Source: Candidatus Aminicenantes bacterium (GTDB lineage: Bacteria; Acidobacteriota; Aminicenantia; Aminicenantales; Aminicenantaceae). Taken from it: 64,000 nucleotides of DNA. Below the pieces are notes generated by a model. That model did no database searches. It saw only the letters and a program-made list of their open reading frames with translations, and had not been told where the DNA came from. Location: positions 24,832 through 88,831 of the forward strand of contig DQWD01000185.1 of assembly GCA_011042725.1 (NCBI GenBank), written 5' to 3'. Positions 28,654-39,708 of this stretch are shown one piece after another (the stretch's first letter is position 1; each line of letters begins with the position of its first letter). A program made the translations under genes and the position numbers.

Positions 28654-29250
28654 TTAAGATTGACCAATCTCAAAGCGCGCAAATCTTTTAATCTGGATAT
28701 TTTCGCCAAATTTAGCAATGTGTGAGGCAATTAACTCGGCGATAGTCATTTTATCATCCCGAATATAAGCTTGCTCCAGAAGGCATATTTCTTCATAAAA
28801 TTTCTTTAACTTGCCCTCAACAATTTTTTCGATTACTTGAGGAGGCTTATTAGAATCTTTGAATTGAGCCCGGATAATCTCTTTTTCTTGTTCTAACACT
28901 TCGTCTTCAATGTCCTCAGGAGCAATGTATTTGGGATTAGTGGCAGCAATATGCATGGCGATATTTTTGACAAGGGTCTGAAATTCTTCATTGCGAGCCA
29001 CAAAATCCGTTTCACAATTAAGCTCCACCAGAACTCCTATCTTACCATTAGTATGGATATAAGAACCAATCAATCCCTCGCTAGTTTCCCGGTCCATTTT
29101 ATCTTTGGCCCGGGCATACCCTTTTTTCCTGAGAATGGTTATAGCTTTCTCCAGATCGCCACCGGCTTCTTGGAGAGCTCGTTTGCATTCCATCATTCCT
29201 ATTCCGGTCATATCTCTAAGTTGCTTAACTTGCTCTGCTTTTATTTCCAT
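28654..29250 (-). CDS. tsf: Elongation factor Ts (short form)
   Basis: [29 protein letters not shown]; 198 aa. Confidence 0.97.
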   Translation of the reverse strand: MEIKAEQVKQLRDMTGIGMMECKRALQEAGGDLEKAITILRKKGYARAKDKMDRETSEGLIGSYIHTNGKIGVLVELNCETDFVARNEEFQTLVKNIAMHIAATNPKYIAPEDIEDEVLEQEKEIIRAQFKDSNKPPQVIEKIVEGKLKKFYEEICLLEQAYIRDDKMTIAELIASHIAKFGENIQIKRFARFEIGQS

Positions 29251-29276
29251 CTTATATCTCCTTAAACATTTTTGTC

Positions 29277-30107
29277 CTATTCAGAAGAAGACTCTGAGCT
29301 CTCCGGCGGGACGGCTTTTTTTTCTCCTGAAGAAGAATCTTCAACTTCGGTTCCTTCACTAGAACTAATTACTTCCTGTTCTCCCTCGGCCGCTTCTCTC
29401 TCGAGGAGCAGTTCTTTTTCCAAGCGCTTCTTTTTACCCTCAATGATGGCTTCGGTTGATTTTGAGACGAAAAGCTCAATTGCCCGAACAGCATCATCAT
29501 TGCCGGGAATAGGATAATCAATTCCTTCGGGGTCAGCGTTGGTATCAACCACAGCGACTATGGGGATCCCGAGTTTCTTTGCTTCGGTCACAGCAATTTC
29601 TTCCTTGACGGCATCGATGACAAAAATAGCACCGGGCAAGTCGGTTAAATTCTTAACTCCTCCTAGATTTTTAACCAGCTTGCGAAAAACCTTTTCCATC
29701 CTTGATTGTTCTTTCTTGGACAAAAGCTCCCAGCGCCCATCTTCTTTCATTTCTTCCAACTCAATCAAGCGCTCCACACTCTTGCGAACAATATGAAAAT
29801 TAGTCAGTAGCCCTCCCAGCCAACGGTTATTAACATAACAGCATTCAGATTTTTCGGCATACTCCTTAATAATATCCTGGGCTTGTTTTTTTGTGCCGAC
29901 TAACAAGACTGTGTCTCCTTCTTCTGCTACCCGGCGCAAGAAATTTAAAGCTTCCCGAAAAATCCGAATGGTTTTTTGCAAATCAATGATGTAAATTCCG
30001 TTTCTCTTCCCAAAGATGAAATCTTTCATCTTGGGATTCCAACGCCTGGTTTGGTGACCAAAATGGACTCCCGCTTCTAAGAGTTCTTTCATTGTTACTG
30101 AGACCAA
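29277..30107 (-). CDS. rpsB: 30S ribosomal protein S2
   Basis: [33 protein letters not shown] start after GGAGG. Confidence 0.98.
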   Translation of the reverse strand: MVSVTMKELLEAGVHFGHQTRRWNPKMKDFIFGKRNGIYIIDLQKTIRIFREALNFLRRVAEEGDTVLLVGTKKQAQDIIKEYAEKSECCYVNNRWLGGLLTNFHIVRKSVERLIELEEMKEDGRWELLSKKEQSRMEKVFRKLVKNLGGVKNLTDLPGAIFVIDAVKEEIAVTEAKKLGIPIVAVVDTNADPEGIDYPIPGNDDAVRAIELFVSKSTEAIIEGKKKRLEKELLLEREAAEGEQEVISSSEGTEVEDSSSGEKKAVPPESSESSSE

Positions 30108-30121
30108 GTTTCATCCTCCAT

Positions 30122-30526
30122 TTAGCGCTTGTGGTACTGAGGTGCCTTCCGGGCTCCCCTCAAGCCGTATTTTTTGCGTTCTTTTATCCGAGAATCACGG
30201 GTCAGGAGACCAGCATCTCTTAAGGTTTGCCGAAGCTCTTTATTAAATTCCACTAGAGCCCTGGCTACTCCCAACCGCACTGCTTCCGCCTGACCACTAA
30301 TTCCGCCGCCATCGACTCTAATCAAGAGATTAAACTTGCTGATTGTATCGGTTAATCTCAAAGGCTGAGTTATTGTCTGACGCAGGCTTTCGACACTGAA
30401 ATATTCATTAAAGGGACGTGGTCTTTTATTGACAAAAAGGGTAATTTCTCCTTTGCCTGGTCTTAAATAAACCCGAGCTACTGAAGTTTTACGTTTGCCG
30501 GTTCCATAATATTGAATTAAGCTCAA
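30122..30526 (-). CDS. rpsI: 30S ribosomal protein S9
   Basis: YGTGKRKTSVARV, GGGISGQAEA, ERKKYG; TTG start after AGGAGG. Confidence 0.98.
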   Translation of the reverse strand: MSLIQYYGTGKRKTSVARVYLRPGKGEITLFVNKRPRPFNEYFSVESLRQTITQPLRLTDTISKFNLLIRVDGGGISGQAEAVRLGVARALVEFNKELRQTLRDAGLLTRDSRIKERKKYGLRGARKAPQYHKR

Positions 30527-30534
30527 GGTTCCTC

Positions 30535-30963
30535 CTAAATCTGATATTCTTGGGGATTTTGGGCTTGATGAGGATGCTCAGAACCTCGATAAACCTTTAA
30601 CTTTTTATAAATCTTGCGGCCCAGTCGATTTTTAGGAATCATGCCCCAAACCGCTTTTTTTATCACTTCCTCTGGCTTCTTGGCCAACATCTCCTTTAAA
30701 GCCTTCTCTTTGATTCCTCCTGGGTATCCAGAGTAAGAATAATACTTCTTTTGATCCATTTTTTTGCCTGTCACCCGAACTTTTTCCGCATTAATCACGA
30801 CCACAAAATCTCCACTATCAAGATGATCGCAATAGTCCACCTTCTTTTTGCCGCGAAGGAGCACAGCAATCTCTGAGGCTAGCCTCCCCAGAGTTTTACC
30901 TTCAGCGTCAACTAACCACCATTTTCTGGTTATCGTCTCTTTCTTAGGAAAAAAAGTTTTCAT
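30535..30963 (-). CDS. rplM: 50S ribosomal protein L13
   Basis: [36 protein letters not shown]. Confidence 0.98.
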   Translation of the reverse strand: MKTFFPKKETITRKWWLVDAEGKTLGRLASEIAVLLRGKKKVDYCDHLDSGDFVVVINAEKVRVTGKKMDQKKYYSYSGYPGGIKEKALKEMLAKKPEEVIKKAVWGMIPKNRLGRKIYKKLKVYRGSEHPHQAQNPQEYQI

Positions 30964-31086
30964 CTTTAGCTTCCTCGATCTATGAATTAAACGAATTTAA
31001 ATATAAATATATAGGGATGTCATAAAATACTAAAACTTTATTCACTTGTCAACCTTTAGCAAGAGTGAGAGAATATATTCACCTTC

Positions 31087-31767
31087 TCAGTTGACCCATA
31101 ATCTAGCTCGCCGACGAGGATTGAAAACTCGGATTAATAATACTCCCGCCAGAAACCCCCCAATATGAGCAAACCACGCCACTCCACCACCGAAGCCCAC
31201 ATTCATCACCTGCAGAAAAAACCACAGCAAGAGAAAAAAGGCGGCGGGAATCGGAACAATTTCAATAAAAATAAACAAAAATACAAGGGTCATGACGCGA
31301 GCCTGGGGATAGAGCATCAAATAAGCGCCTAAAATTCCGGCAATTGCTCCACTGGCGCCAATCATGGGCATGGTAGAATTGGGATTAAAAATGACGTGGG
31401 TCAAGCTGGCGGCTAATCCGCAAATAATGTAAAACAAAATAAATCGAAATGGCCCCAGATAATCTTCGATGTTATTACCAAATATCCAAAGATAGAGCAT
31501 ATTCCCGCCCAGATGAAGAAACCCACCATGAAGAAACATGGCGCTTAAAAGAGTTAAAGGTGGGAAAAGGCGAGGAACATGAGGAAAGGCCAACGATCGA
31601 AAATGCGTAAGCTCATAGGGGATAGCGCCCATCCGGAAGACATGATATTGTAATCCCTCAGGAGAGAAAATCTGATAGAAGAAAATCAGAACATTTAGGA
31701 CGATAAAAAGAACAGTTATAAGCGGAAAACGAGTCGTTGGATTTTCATCGCGAAGAGGAATAAACAT
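31087..31767 (-). CDS. Rhomboid-family intramembrane serine protease
   Basis: MFLHGGFLHLGGNM, IGASG (catalytic S), AHIGGF (catalytic H). Confidence 0.93.
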   Translation of the reverse strand: MFIPLRDENPTTRFPLITVLFIVLNVLIFFYQIFSPEGLQYHVFRMGAIPYELTHFRSLAFPHVPRLFPPLTLLSAMFLHGGFLHLGGNMLYLWIFGNNIEDYLGPFRFILFYIICGLAASLTHVIFNPNSTMPMIGASGAIAGILGAYLMLYPQARVMTLVFLFIFIEIVPIPAAFFLLLWFFLQVMNVGFGGGVAWFAHIGGFLAGVLLIRVFNPRRRARLWVN

Positions 31768-31895
31768 TCATCCTCGTACTTTTGATAACATTCAACCCCT
31801 TGACCTAATTCTTGGTCCAGCCAGCAAAATTAATTTAGACCAGATTACTCTAAAACTAAGATCTCAAAATCAACTTGGCCAGGGATTAATCCTAA

Positions 31896-32888
31896 TTATT
31901 TAATTCCCTTTAGCTCTTCTTCTAGCTTTTTCCTTTCGGCCTGACGCTGCCGGGCTTCTTTGAATTTCTCGGCATACATATCGGCTTCCTGTTCATATCT
32001 CTTGGCTCTTTCCGGAATAACTTTGGCCAAAACACTCTTATAAAGAACCGAGAGCCACGAGTAAGGTTCAGGATATTGAGGGTCAAGCTCATTGGCCTTT
32101 TTCAAACACTCTTCACTTACTTTAGCTAACTCTAACCTCTCTTGGCGAGAAAGCTGGTTCTGAAGACGATAGGCTTTCGACCAACGGTTAACTCCTTTTG
32201 ACAACCAAGCCGCCGCATTATCTGGCTCAAGCAGAGTTCTTTTATCATGGGCATCAAAAGCCTTATCAAAGTCGGGAGCTGGTTGAAGGCTTTCATAATA
32301 CTGAGATAAGTAAGCATAGCCCTGAGGGTTCTCTGGATCTAACTCTATTCGCCGCAAATACATCTGCTCGGCTTTTTCTTTCAACTCTTCTTTTTCACCT
32401 GCATAACGCTTATAGAACTCAGCCACGACGTAATAATTGGCCATATTGGTGGGTTCCATCTCCAAGATTTTCAGGTAAAGTTTTTCGGCTTCTTCAAAAT
32501 TACCTAGCTTATCATACATATCACCCAAGGAATAAATCACGTCCTTATTATTGGGATCAATCTCATAGGCCTTTTGTAAAGCGGCCAATGCTTTTTCGGC
32601 TCTCTGTTTATTGTCTTCAGTATCTACTCCGGGTTTGTATATTTGCTTATAACTTTCGCCCAGGAATCGATAGGCATCAACAAGATTGGGATTAAACTGT
32701 AAAGCCAATTCATATTCTTCAATTGCTTTGCGATACAAGCCTTCGGTGAAATGATGATTGGCTCGGTTAAAATGATAATTTCCCTTTAAATAATTAACAT
32801 TTAGTTTTGAACATCCACTCCAACTGACGAGAAAAATAAGCAGACCTAAAGTAATCAGGAAAGGGGCAACTCCTTTTCGTGACATCAT
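31896..32888 (-). CDS. TPR-repeat lipoprotein
   Basis: Lipobox-like WSGC; multiple TPRs; SD AAGGAGG. Confidence 0.82.
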   Translation of the reverse strand: MMSRKGVAPFLITLGLLIFLVSWSGCSKLNVNYLKGNYHFNRANHHFTEGLYRKAIEEYELALQFNPNLVDAYRFLGESYKQIYKPGVDTEDNKQRAEKALAALQKAYEIDPNNKDVIYSLGDMYDKLGNFEEAEKLYLKILEMEPTNMANYYVVAEFYKRYAGEKEELKEKAEQMYLRRIELDPENPQGYAYLSQYYESLQPAPDFDKAFDAHDKRTLLEPDNAAAWLSKGVNRWSKAYRLQNQLSRQERLELAKVSEECLKKANELDPQYPEPYSWLSVLYKSVLAKVIPERAKRYEQEADMYAEKFKEARQRQAERKKLEEELKGIK

Positions 32889-33181
32889 GACCTCCTTAAA
32901 AACAGCATATAATTTATTAATTTAAAAGTGGTTCATTAAAGTAACCGCGATTCTTTTTTATAAAGGAAACTAGCCTCAAAGTCAAGGATTCTCTCTTTTA
33001 TAAATTTGTTAAAAGCACAAAGAAAAGCAGCTTTTTTATATAATTTCACTACTATTAGCAATTACCTGGCCATTCTCTGACTAATAATTTGTCAATTAAA
33101 CCAAGGAAAATTAAATAGGGAGAGTTGAATTTACTTATTATCAAAACGCTTGCCAGATGTTTTGGTTGGAACCCGAAGGGT

Positions 33182-34510
33182 TTATCTTTTCTTTTGGGTT
33201 GCTTCTCTTTTTAAATAGAGCCGTAAAGGTGTTCCCACAATATTAAAATGTCTTCCCAACTGATGAAGGAAAAATTTTTCATATGAGGGAGCCAAGGAAA
33301 GACGGGAGGAAGTAAAAACTAAAAAAGAAGGAGGGAGGACTCCTACCTGAGTCATATAGCGAAGTTTTAACCGTTTTTTATTTCTAGAGAGGGGAGGATG
33401 TTCAACAATTAACTGGTGCATAAATTGATTTAGTTGGGAGGTTGGGATTTTCCTTAATCCCTGCTGGTAAACTTCATCAGCCAAGTCAAGAATTTTAACC
33501 ACCCTTCTTCCCGTCCGAGCCGAGATAAAGATTATGGGTGCATAAGCAACAAAATCCAACTTGTCTCTAATTATCTTCTCTAAAAGAGCGGTTGATTTCA
33601 CTTCTTGAGCAATTAAATCCCATTTATTGACCGCGATAATTAGAGGTTTACCACTCTCATAGGCCAGATGAGCAATGGCTGTATCTTGACGAGTCGGAAA
33701 TTCTTCAGCATCAAGAACCAGGCAGATAACATCCGCTTTCTGAATGGTCTTTTGGGACCAGATTATTCCCACTTTTTCCCGACCATCCTTAGTCCGACTT
33801 AACTTGCGAATTCCGGCTGTATCGACCAAAGTATATTGCCTTCGGTAGCGACGAATAAGAGTATCAGTAGGGTCCCGGGTTGTCCCTGGTATTTCACTAA
33901 CCAGCAATCGCTCTTCTCCCACCAACCGGTTAACAAGGGATGACTTGCCGACATTTATTCGGCCCACTAAAGCAATCCGCAGGGAATTTTCAGACGTGGT
34001 CTCGGTTAGTTTTGAGGGAAGAAAATTTAAAAGAAATTTCTCTAACTCATCCAAATTTCTCTTGTGCTCAGCTGAAAGAGGAATCACCTCTCCCCACCGA
34101 AACAAATCCCCAATTAACTTCTTCTCTTCTTCCAACGAATCGACTTTATTGGCGACAATCAGCAACGGTTTATCTAGCTTTTTAAGCTGAACATATAATT
34201 CTTCCTCACCAGGAATTATTCCCCGTTTAGCATCGATAACCAAAATTATCAGGTCAGCTTCCTGGGAAGCCTCCCAAGCCTTTTGGCGAACTAAGGAAGA
34301 AAGAGGATCATGAGTATGGTCAAAGAAACCGCCTGTGTCAATCAAAACAAAGGCCCGATCATCCAAGGTACAATAGGCCGAAACTGCATCCCGCGTCATT
34401 CCTGGTAAATGGTGGACTAAAGATTTTTTTTGCTTCAACAAGCGATTAAAGAGCGTCGATTTGCCAACATTAGGATAGCCAACGATAACGACCTTAGGTA
34501 AACGACTCAT
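33182..34510 (-). CDS. der: Ribosome biogenesis GTPase Der (EngA)
   Basis: Two GTPase domains: GYPNVGKST/DTGG/NKVD and GRINVGKSS/DTAG/NKWD; start set at ATG 34510. Confidence 0.95.
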   Translation of the reverse strand: MSRLPKVVIVGYPNVGKSTLFNRLLKQKKSLVHHLPGMTRDAVSAYCTLDDRAFVLIDTGGFFDHTHDPLSSLVRQKAWEASQEADLIILVIDAKRGIIPGEEELYVQLKKLDKPLLIVANKVDSLEEEKKLIGDLFRWGEVIPLSAEHKRNLDELEKFLLNFLPSKLTETTSENSLRIALVGRINVGKSSLVNRLVGEERLLVSEIPGTTRDPTDTLIRRYRRQYTLVDTAGIRKLSRTKDGREKVGIIWSQKTIQKADVICLVLDAEEFPTRQDTAIAHLAYESGKPLIIAVNKWDLIAQEVKSTALLEKIIRDKLDFVAYAPIIFISARTGRRVVKILDLADEVYQQGLRKIPTSQLNQFMHQLIVEHPPLSRNKKRLKLRYMTQVGVLPPSFLVFTSSRLSLAPSYEKFFLHQLGRHFNIVGTPLRLYLKREATQKKR

Positions 34511-34526
34511 ATTTATAAATGCCAGA

Positions 34527-35120
34527 CTAATCCTTGTTATCAGAAGAGGCAATCAATTCCGGCAAGGGAGTAAAGGGACGTCTTAAATTAACATGGCCAC
34601 TTAAAGTTTCTCGCTCCCGACCATCGATTAAGAAAAAAACTTTTTTAATTTCTTTGAAATTATAAGTAAGAGAGCTAACTACGGCATAAACTGCCATCAT
34701 CTCCGAAGTCGCTCCTAAAGAGTGAGTCTCGCTTAGTTCCCGGGAAAAATCCACATAAGCCAAACCGTTATCGGTAAGGTAAATTTCTCTTAGCTTGACT
34801 CGGGGGGGAAAAGGACTAATTAATCCCTGTTGAGATCCCCGGAGAAGCTCATTGACCACTAGACGAGCTGCTTCAACCACCGAAGCAGTTTGACGAATTT
34901 CTCTTTCCTCGGGATGGAGCAAGGAATCTTCCTCGCCAAGAAAAAACAAGGTTATCTTTTGGGTGGGAATTTCAACAGCCCCCATTGGTAGGTTAGCCTC
35001 CTCAACACCAGCTCTTCTTTTTATTAATTTTTCTCCTTCGCCGGTAGTTAAGAAAAGAATCGCTATTATAACCAGAGAACTAGCCAGGATTACGAGAAAA
35101 GATAATTGTTTGCGAGTCAT
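34527..35120 (-). CDS. GerMN domain-containing protein
   Basis: N-terminal TM anchor; ELLRG, AYVDFS, VYAVVSSLT, LIDG...TLSGH. Confidence 0.88.
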   Translation of the reverse strand: MTRKQLSFLVILASSLVIIAILFLTTGEGEKLIKRRAGVEEANLPMGAVEIPTQKITLFFLGEEDSLLHPEEREIRQTASVVEAARLVVNELLRGSQQGLISPFPPRVKLREIYLTDNGLAYVDFSRELSETHSLGATSEMMAVYAVVSSLTYNFKEIKKVFFLIDGRERETLSGHVNLRRPFTPLPELIASSDNKD

Positions 35121-35222
35121 CTTCTTCCTATTAGCGATAAAATTACAGCCACCTTTTCATCTCTAAAGAATTAAGGCAATTATTTATCAAGATGCGGTTA
35201 GCCGCTTCTCCTTTGTGGTTCA

Positions 35223-36428
35223 TCAAGAATTAGAATGGGGTGAATAAGCTCTCAAAAAATCTTGGATTCCGCGAAAAATGGCTTCAGCCACCTTGGTCTG
35301 AAATTCTTCAGTTAACAATTTCCTTTCTTCCTCTTGGTTAGAGATAAAAGCCACCTCCACCAAAACAGCCGGGCAAGCTACTCCAGTTAACACTTTAAAA
35401 GGCGCTTGTTTAATACCACGGTTAGCAGTACTAAGCAGGGCATTTAGTTCCCGCTGAATACTTTCAGCTAAGAGACTACTCTGTTTTAAGTAGGCAGTTT
35501 GGGCCATATCCCAGAGAATCATTTTGATGTCCTCTTCATTTTCAGGATCAGCTATTTTACTTTCCAATTCCGAGGAGTTATTTTCCAAATAAGCTAACCG
35601 ACGGGCCTCCTCATCAGTAGCATTCAAACTCAAAAAAAATACTTCCGAGCCATGAGCATGGGGGCGGAAAGAACTGTTAACATGAATACTCACAAATAAG
35701 TCAGCCCGATTATTATTGGCGATTGCCGCGCGGGTGTCGAGAGGAACATCCAGGTCCTCTTCGCGCGTTAAAATAACTCGATAAGCCATGTTGCGGCTGA
35801 CTATTTCTTTCAATTTAAAGGAAATATCTAAAGTAATATCTTTTTCCAACGAGCCTAATTTGCCTTGCGCCCCACTTTCTGTTCCCCCATGACCAGGATC
35901 AATGACAATTGTTCTGATGGCCGAAGAAAGTGACCTCCGAGCCTCCGGAGGTGGGCCCTCTGGGGCCAAGGGAGAAACAGAAGTGTTAGGGGATGACTCG
36001 GGAGTAACAATGCTGCTCCCCTCAGAAGGATAGATATTCAGAATTAATCGAGGAGGATCATCCAGCGAATACGTTTCATGTTTATATTTAGCCCCCTTGA
36101 CCTGTAGAGTCACCAAAAATGTTTCTTCACTTTTCGCCCAACCGATCGATTTAACTATCTGGCTAGTAAAAGGCTCTTTAATAAACCGACTATTACGAGG
36201 CAAACGCAAATGGATGAGAAGATAATTGCCCGACTGTTCAACAAAACTACTTATTTTTTGATCGCTAGAAAATAAAACCTGAGTGTATTGTTTTTTATCC
36301 TCAACTCTGACTCTTAGATACGAGGAAGATGAGCCTAAATCGCCTCTCGCCAAGCTCAGACAAACGAGATAAGAGAGAATCAAATAGGCAAAAAATATAG
36401 ATTTAACTATTTTTTGCCTATTTTTCAC
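35223..36428 (-). CDS. N-acetylmuramoyl-L-alanine amidase (Amidase_3) with AMIN-like N-terminus
   Basis: IDPGHGG, LEK, SIHVNS, LVEVAFISN; LDDPPRLILNI. Confidence 0.93.
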   Translation of the reverse strand: MKNRQKIVKSIFFAYLILSYLVCLSLARGDLGSSSSYLRVRVEDKKQYTQVLFSSDQKISSFVEQSGNYLLIHLRLPRNSRFIKEPFTSQIVKSIGWAKSEETFLVTLQVKGAKYKHETYSLDDPPRLILNIYPSEGSSIVTPESSPNTSVSPLAPEGPPPEARRSLSSAIRTIVIDPGHGGTESGAQGKLGSLEKDITLDISFKLKEIVSRNMAYRVILTREEDLDVPLDTRAAIANNNRADLFVSIHVNSSFRPHAHGSEVFFLSLNATDEEARRLAYLENNSSELESKIADPENEEDIKMILWDMAQTAYLKQSSLLAESIQRELNALLSTANRGIKQAPFKVLTGVACPAVLVEVAFISNQEEERKLLTEEFQTKVAEAIFRGIQDFLRAYSPHSNS

Positions 36429-36513
36429 CTTGGCTCCTCTTTTCTTCTTCTTGCTTGTGGTTTCTTTATCAATTTAATAATCGTCCTTCGGGTTAAATTC
36501 AAAATCTCCAAAA

Positions 36514-36859
36514 TGGAGGCGGCGGGAATCGAACCCGCGTCCGAAGGCCTTCGACACGAGGCCTCTACATGCTTATCCTCTTCTTTATTTTCACGATTCA
36601 GCTCCCGAAGAGGAAAGGCACCGAACCGCTAGCCTTGATTAGGTTTCGCTTCCCAGGCTCAAGGCAAACCCGAGTTGCTATCCTGCTTACCGGCGCCTCT
36701 CAAGGGTCGCAGGAAAACCCAGGAGAGACGGCATGCCTTCAATTAGGCAGCAACAGGCAGAGTTTCTGCACTTCTTTGGTTCCACCAGTTTTACGAGGTA
36801 GGTGGGACCTCGGCATGCAGCCTCTATCTCATTGCCTCCGTCGAACCCTTTTCGCCCCC
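36514..36859 (-). ncRNA. ssrA: tmRNA
   Basis: 5' GGGGGCGAAAAGGGTTCGAC, 3' GACGCGGGTTCGATTCCCGCCGCCTCCA; pk1-like GCATGCCGAGG..CCTCGTAAAA; tag frame GCA GAA ACT CTG CCT GTT GCT GCC TAA; upstream TTGACA-18-TATAAT (36921-36892). Confidence 0.96.
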
Positions 36860-37272
36860 TGATTTCTGCTCTTTAAGGGCTTTGCTTTTCAATTATAAGG
36901 GAGAAAAGCAAAAACTGTCAAACCCGAGAATTTATTTCCCTTACCTCTTCATTATAATCTCAACCACTAACCTTTATTTTCCCTCTCATTAAATGCTAAG
37001 TCTAATTTTAGTCTCCAAATTTGGCCCCATCAGTCTTAGAGGAAACTTCATTTGCCTATAAAATAGTTTAACTTTCTCTAAAATATGGCTATTCCTGGCC
37101 CCTCAATTCAACCTATGGGGCCTACCGCTCCCGATCCAAAAGGTTAACAACCAGACATTTTCCTAAAATTTAAGCCCTTTAAAGGAAACGGTCACCAACT
37201 TTACTTCTTGGACTGGCTTTGGTATAAATGATGCCTGACTTCAGGACCGAACGATAAAAAAAGACTATTTTT

Positions 37273-39666
37273 ATGATTCATTTCCTGTTAGCTACCATCC
37301 TGTTCTTAACCAGTCCTTTCCCTTCTCCAAGAGAAGCCTCTCCTCTGTCTTCTTTAACCACTTTCTCTTTAAGCCGATTTCAGATGGAAATGATTCCGGG
37401 TGGTTTCTATTTTCCCACTTTTTTTGAAAATCTAGCTCCAGCCACCACGTTTCTAATCGAAGAAAGCAACGGATTTGCCCTGCTTGATCCACCACGAGTA
37501 TACTTCGAAGGTGACTCTATCACCCAGTTTTCCTGGTCGGTCAATCAATTTCCCACTTCTTCATCTCTTAATCCCGGCACCCCGGGAGTCATTCCGCCTC
37601 TCGGCCTAGTGAGTCAACTTCAACTTGCCCGCAATTCCCCCTTATCTTCTTGGTCGGGAATGAACTTTTGCCTCGGAACTCCCCCTCTTTCCTCCTCTTC
37701 ACTAGCCTTGCATGTTTCCCATGTTTGGCCAAATATGGGTGGAATGATCCCCGGAGCAACATTTATGTTGCAACCTCATGCGACCACTGAAGAAAGAGAC
37801 AATCTATTATCTTCCATCCGTCGCCAATTCACCCACAACACGCTAGTTGATTTAGTTGGCCGCCCCGCCTTATCTTTTCTTGAACTAACCTTAGGGGCAA
37901 CTTATTTTCGAGCTGAACGTCAATTTAACGATTTCAATCACTTCCACCAGTTTTTTAAGGAACCAGGAGAGCTTACTCTTTTTTTGGTCCAAGCGAAGAA
38001 AAAAATCTCGGCTTTTGATTGCGAATTCTTAACCATTATTAATCATATCTCTCGAGAAAACCTAACGGCAGAGCTTGGCCGTCTTCCCCAAGAAACTCTT
38101 TCTTCCCATCGCAATTCAATTTTTTCTGGCCTTAATTTTTCTAGCTCCTGGCTCAGAGCCAGACTCTCATTTCTCAGGGAAAAAAACAACCTTAATCCCC
38201 AAACAATAAACTTGGCCAAGGAATTAATGGATAATGATGGCGAGGGATTTTTTCCCTTTGAAAAATGGGGGGAATTCCAGGCAAAAACTTGGCGTTTTGA
38301 CCTTACCCTGCCCTTCTCTTTTAACTTAGGGTCCTCTCTTAAAGGTCAATTTTATATCTCCCTAAAACAGACCAATCTAACAGGGAAAGAAGCTTCCCAC
38401 CAATTCAACCCTCTTCTTTTTAACAACAAACCATACCAAGTCATTATTTGGCAAGGAGATAAAGATTGGCAGAATAGCAATGGCTATTTTCGCTCTGGTC
38501 TGCAGGCGAATTACTCTTGGCACCGGGATATTTCTTTTTACTTAAAGTTATTTTTTCAACCCTCTTGGCTTCATTTTGCCCCTGCGGAAAATAACCTTCA
38601 TTTTTGGCAGTCTGGTTTTGACTTCGGATTAGCTTTCTTCGAGAAAAGGCGTAATCGAATTTTTGTAGCTTACGGCTTAATCCCTTGGGAAATACGAGAA
38701 AATGTCAATTATTTTTTAGAGAACAACAGACCCTTAGGCCAAATATATTATTGGTCGGATCATAACCAGGATAAAAATTTCCAGGTGGGGGAAGAAGGAC
38801 CGCTTTATCGCTTAACCAGAGGAGCTAGCCATTTGGTCTCTTCTCAACTCAAGGCTCCATTTAACCATCGCCTCTTGGCTATTTTCCAAAGCTCCCTTTC
38901 CGCCGCCTTTACCCTCCAGCTCCAAGGTTCAATCAAAGAAACAAAAAATAATTTTTGGGTTCACTATAAAGAAAACTATGGGCATTTTTCCCCGCTGGGA
39001 GATAAATCGCTTTTCATTCTCGATAAGCCCGTTACTCAATTCATTTTCAGTAATTATTCCTTCGGCGAAAAACCCTTCTATGCCGAACTTCTTCTTCACC
39101 TTTGGGGCCAGAAAGAAAAGAATTGGTTTTTCTCTTTTTCATTTATGGCTCATTTAGGAATGGGCTACACTGCTTTCGGTAATGGGCCCACCGCTAATGA
39201 CATCGGCATCATCGACGAAAGCCAAGCGTCGCCCAACACCTGGATAAATGGCTACGGCCGAGTAGACGGGGACCGGGCTTTTGTTGGTAAAATGTTTTTT
39301 GGGTTTTATCTAAGACCTCGTCTTTTTCTCAGTGCCACCTTAAAATATCGCGATGGAAATCCCTTCGCCTTTATTGATTCTTATCTCCTCAACCAGGAAG
39401 TAATTCTAACTCTCCAAACTATCCAAGCCGAAAATAAAAAAGGCGTTAAAGGCGGGCCAAGGGAAGATTACCTTTCCGATGTCAGCCTTCAGCTTTCTTA
39501 TTCATGGCCTCTAACGGAATTACAGCTTGAGTTTTATGCTTCCCTTCACAATCTTCTGGACTTTGGCAGTGAGCTCTCTGAGTACGTATTCTCCGGGGGG
39601 CAGCGCTATGCCTTAGAACTCCAAATTCCTCGTTCCTTGAGGTTAGGAATAAAAGCTTCCTGGTAA
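37273..39666 (+). CDS. Large outer-membrane beta-barrel protein, TonB-dependent receptor-like
   Basis: 797 aa, signal peptide, aromatic-rich amphipathic strands, C-terminal PRSLRLGIKASW beta-signal. Confidence 0.6.
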   Translation: MIHFLLATILFLTSPFPSPREASPLSSLTTFSLSRFQMEMIPGGFYFPTFFENLAPATTFLIEESNGFALLDPPRVYFEGDSITQFSWSVNQFPTSSSLNPGTPGVIPPLGLVSQLQLARNSPLSSWSGMNFCLGTPPLSSSSLALHVSHVWPNMGGMIPGATFMLQPHATTEERDNLLSSIRRQFTHNTLVDLVGRPALSFLELTLGATYFRAERQFNDFNHFHQFFKEPGELTLFLVQAKKKISAFDCEFLTIINHISRENLTAELGRLPQETLSSHRNSIFSGLNFSSSWLRARLSFLREKNNLNPQTINLAKELMDNDGEGFFPFEKWGEFQAKTWRFDLTLPFSFNLGSSLKGQFYISLKQTNLTGKEASHQFNPLLFNNKPYQVIIWQGDKDWQNSNGYFRSGLQANYSWHRDISFYLKLFFQPSWLHFAPAENNLHFWQSGFDFGLAFFEKRRNRIFVAYGLIPWEIRENVNYFLENNRPLGQIYYWSDHNQDKNFQVGEEGPLYRLTRGASHLVSSQLKAPFNHRLLAIFQSSLSAAFTLQLQGSIKETKNNFWVHYKENYGHFSPLGDKSLFILDKPVTQFIFSNYSFGEKPFYAELLLHLWGQKEKNWFFSFSFMAHLGMGYTAFGNGPTANDIGIIDESQASPNTWINGYGRVDGDRAFVGKMFFGFYLRPRLFLSATLKYRDGNPFAFIDSYLLNQEVILTLQTIQAENKKGVKGGPREDYLSDVSLQLSYSWPLTELQLEFYASLHNLLDFGSELSEYVFSGGQRYALELQIPRSLRLGIKASW

Positions 39667-39708
39667 ATTTAACCTCTAGCAAAAACAAGCTTTTATCAGG
39701 GAGGAAAG

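Noticed and set aside
36414..36862. Two plus-strand ORFs (72 and 97 aa)
   Set aside because: Antisense to tmRNA
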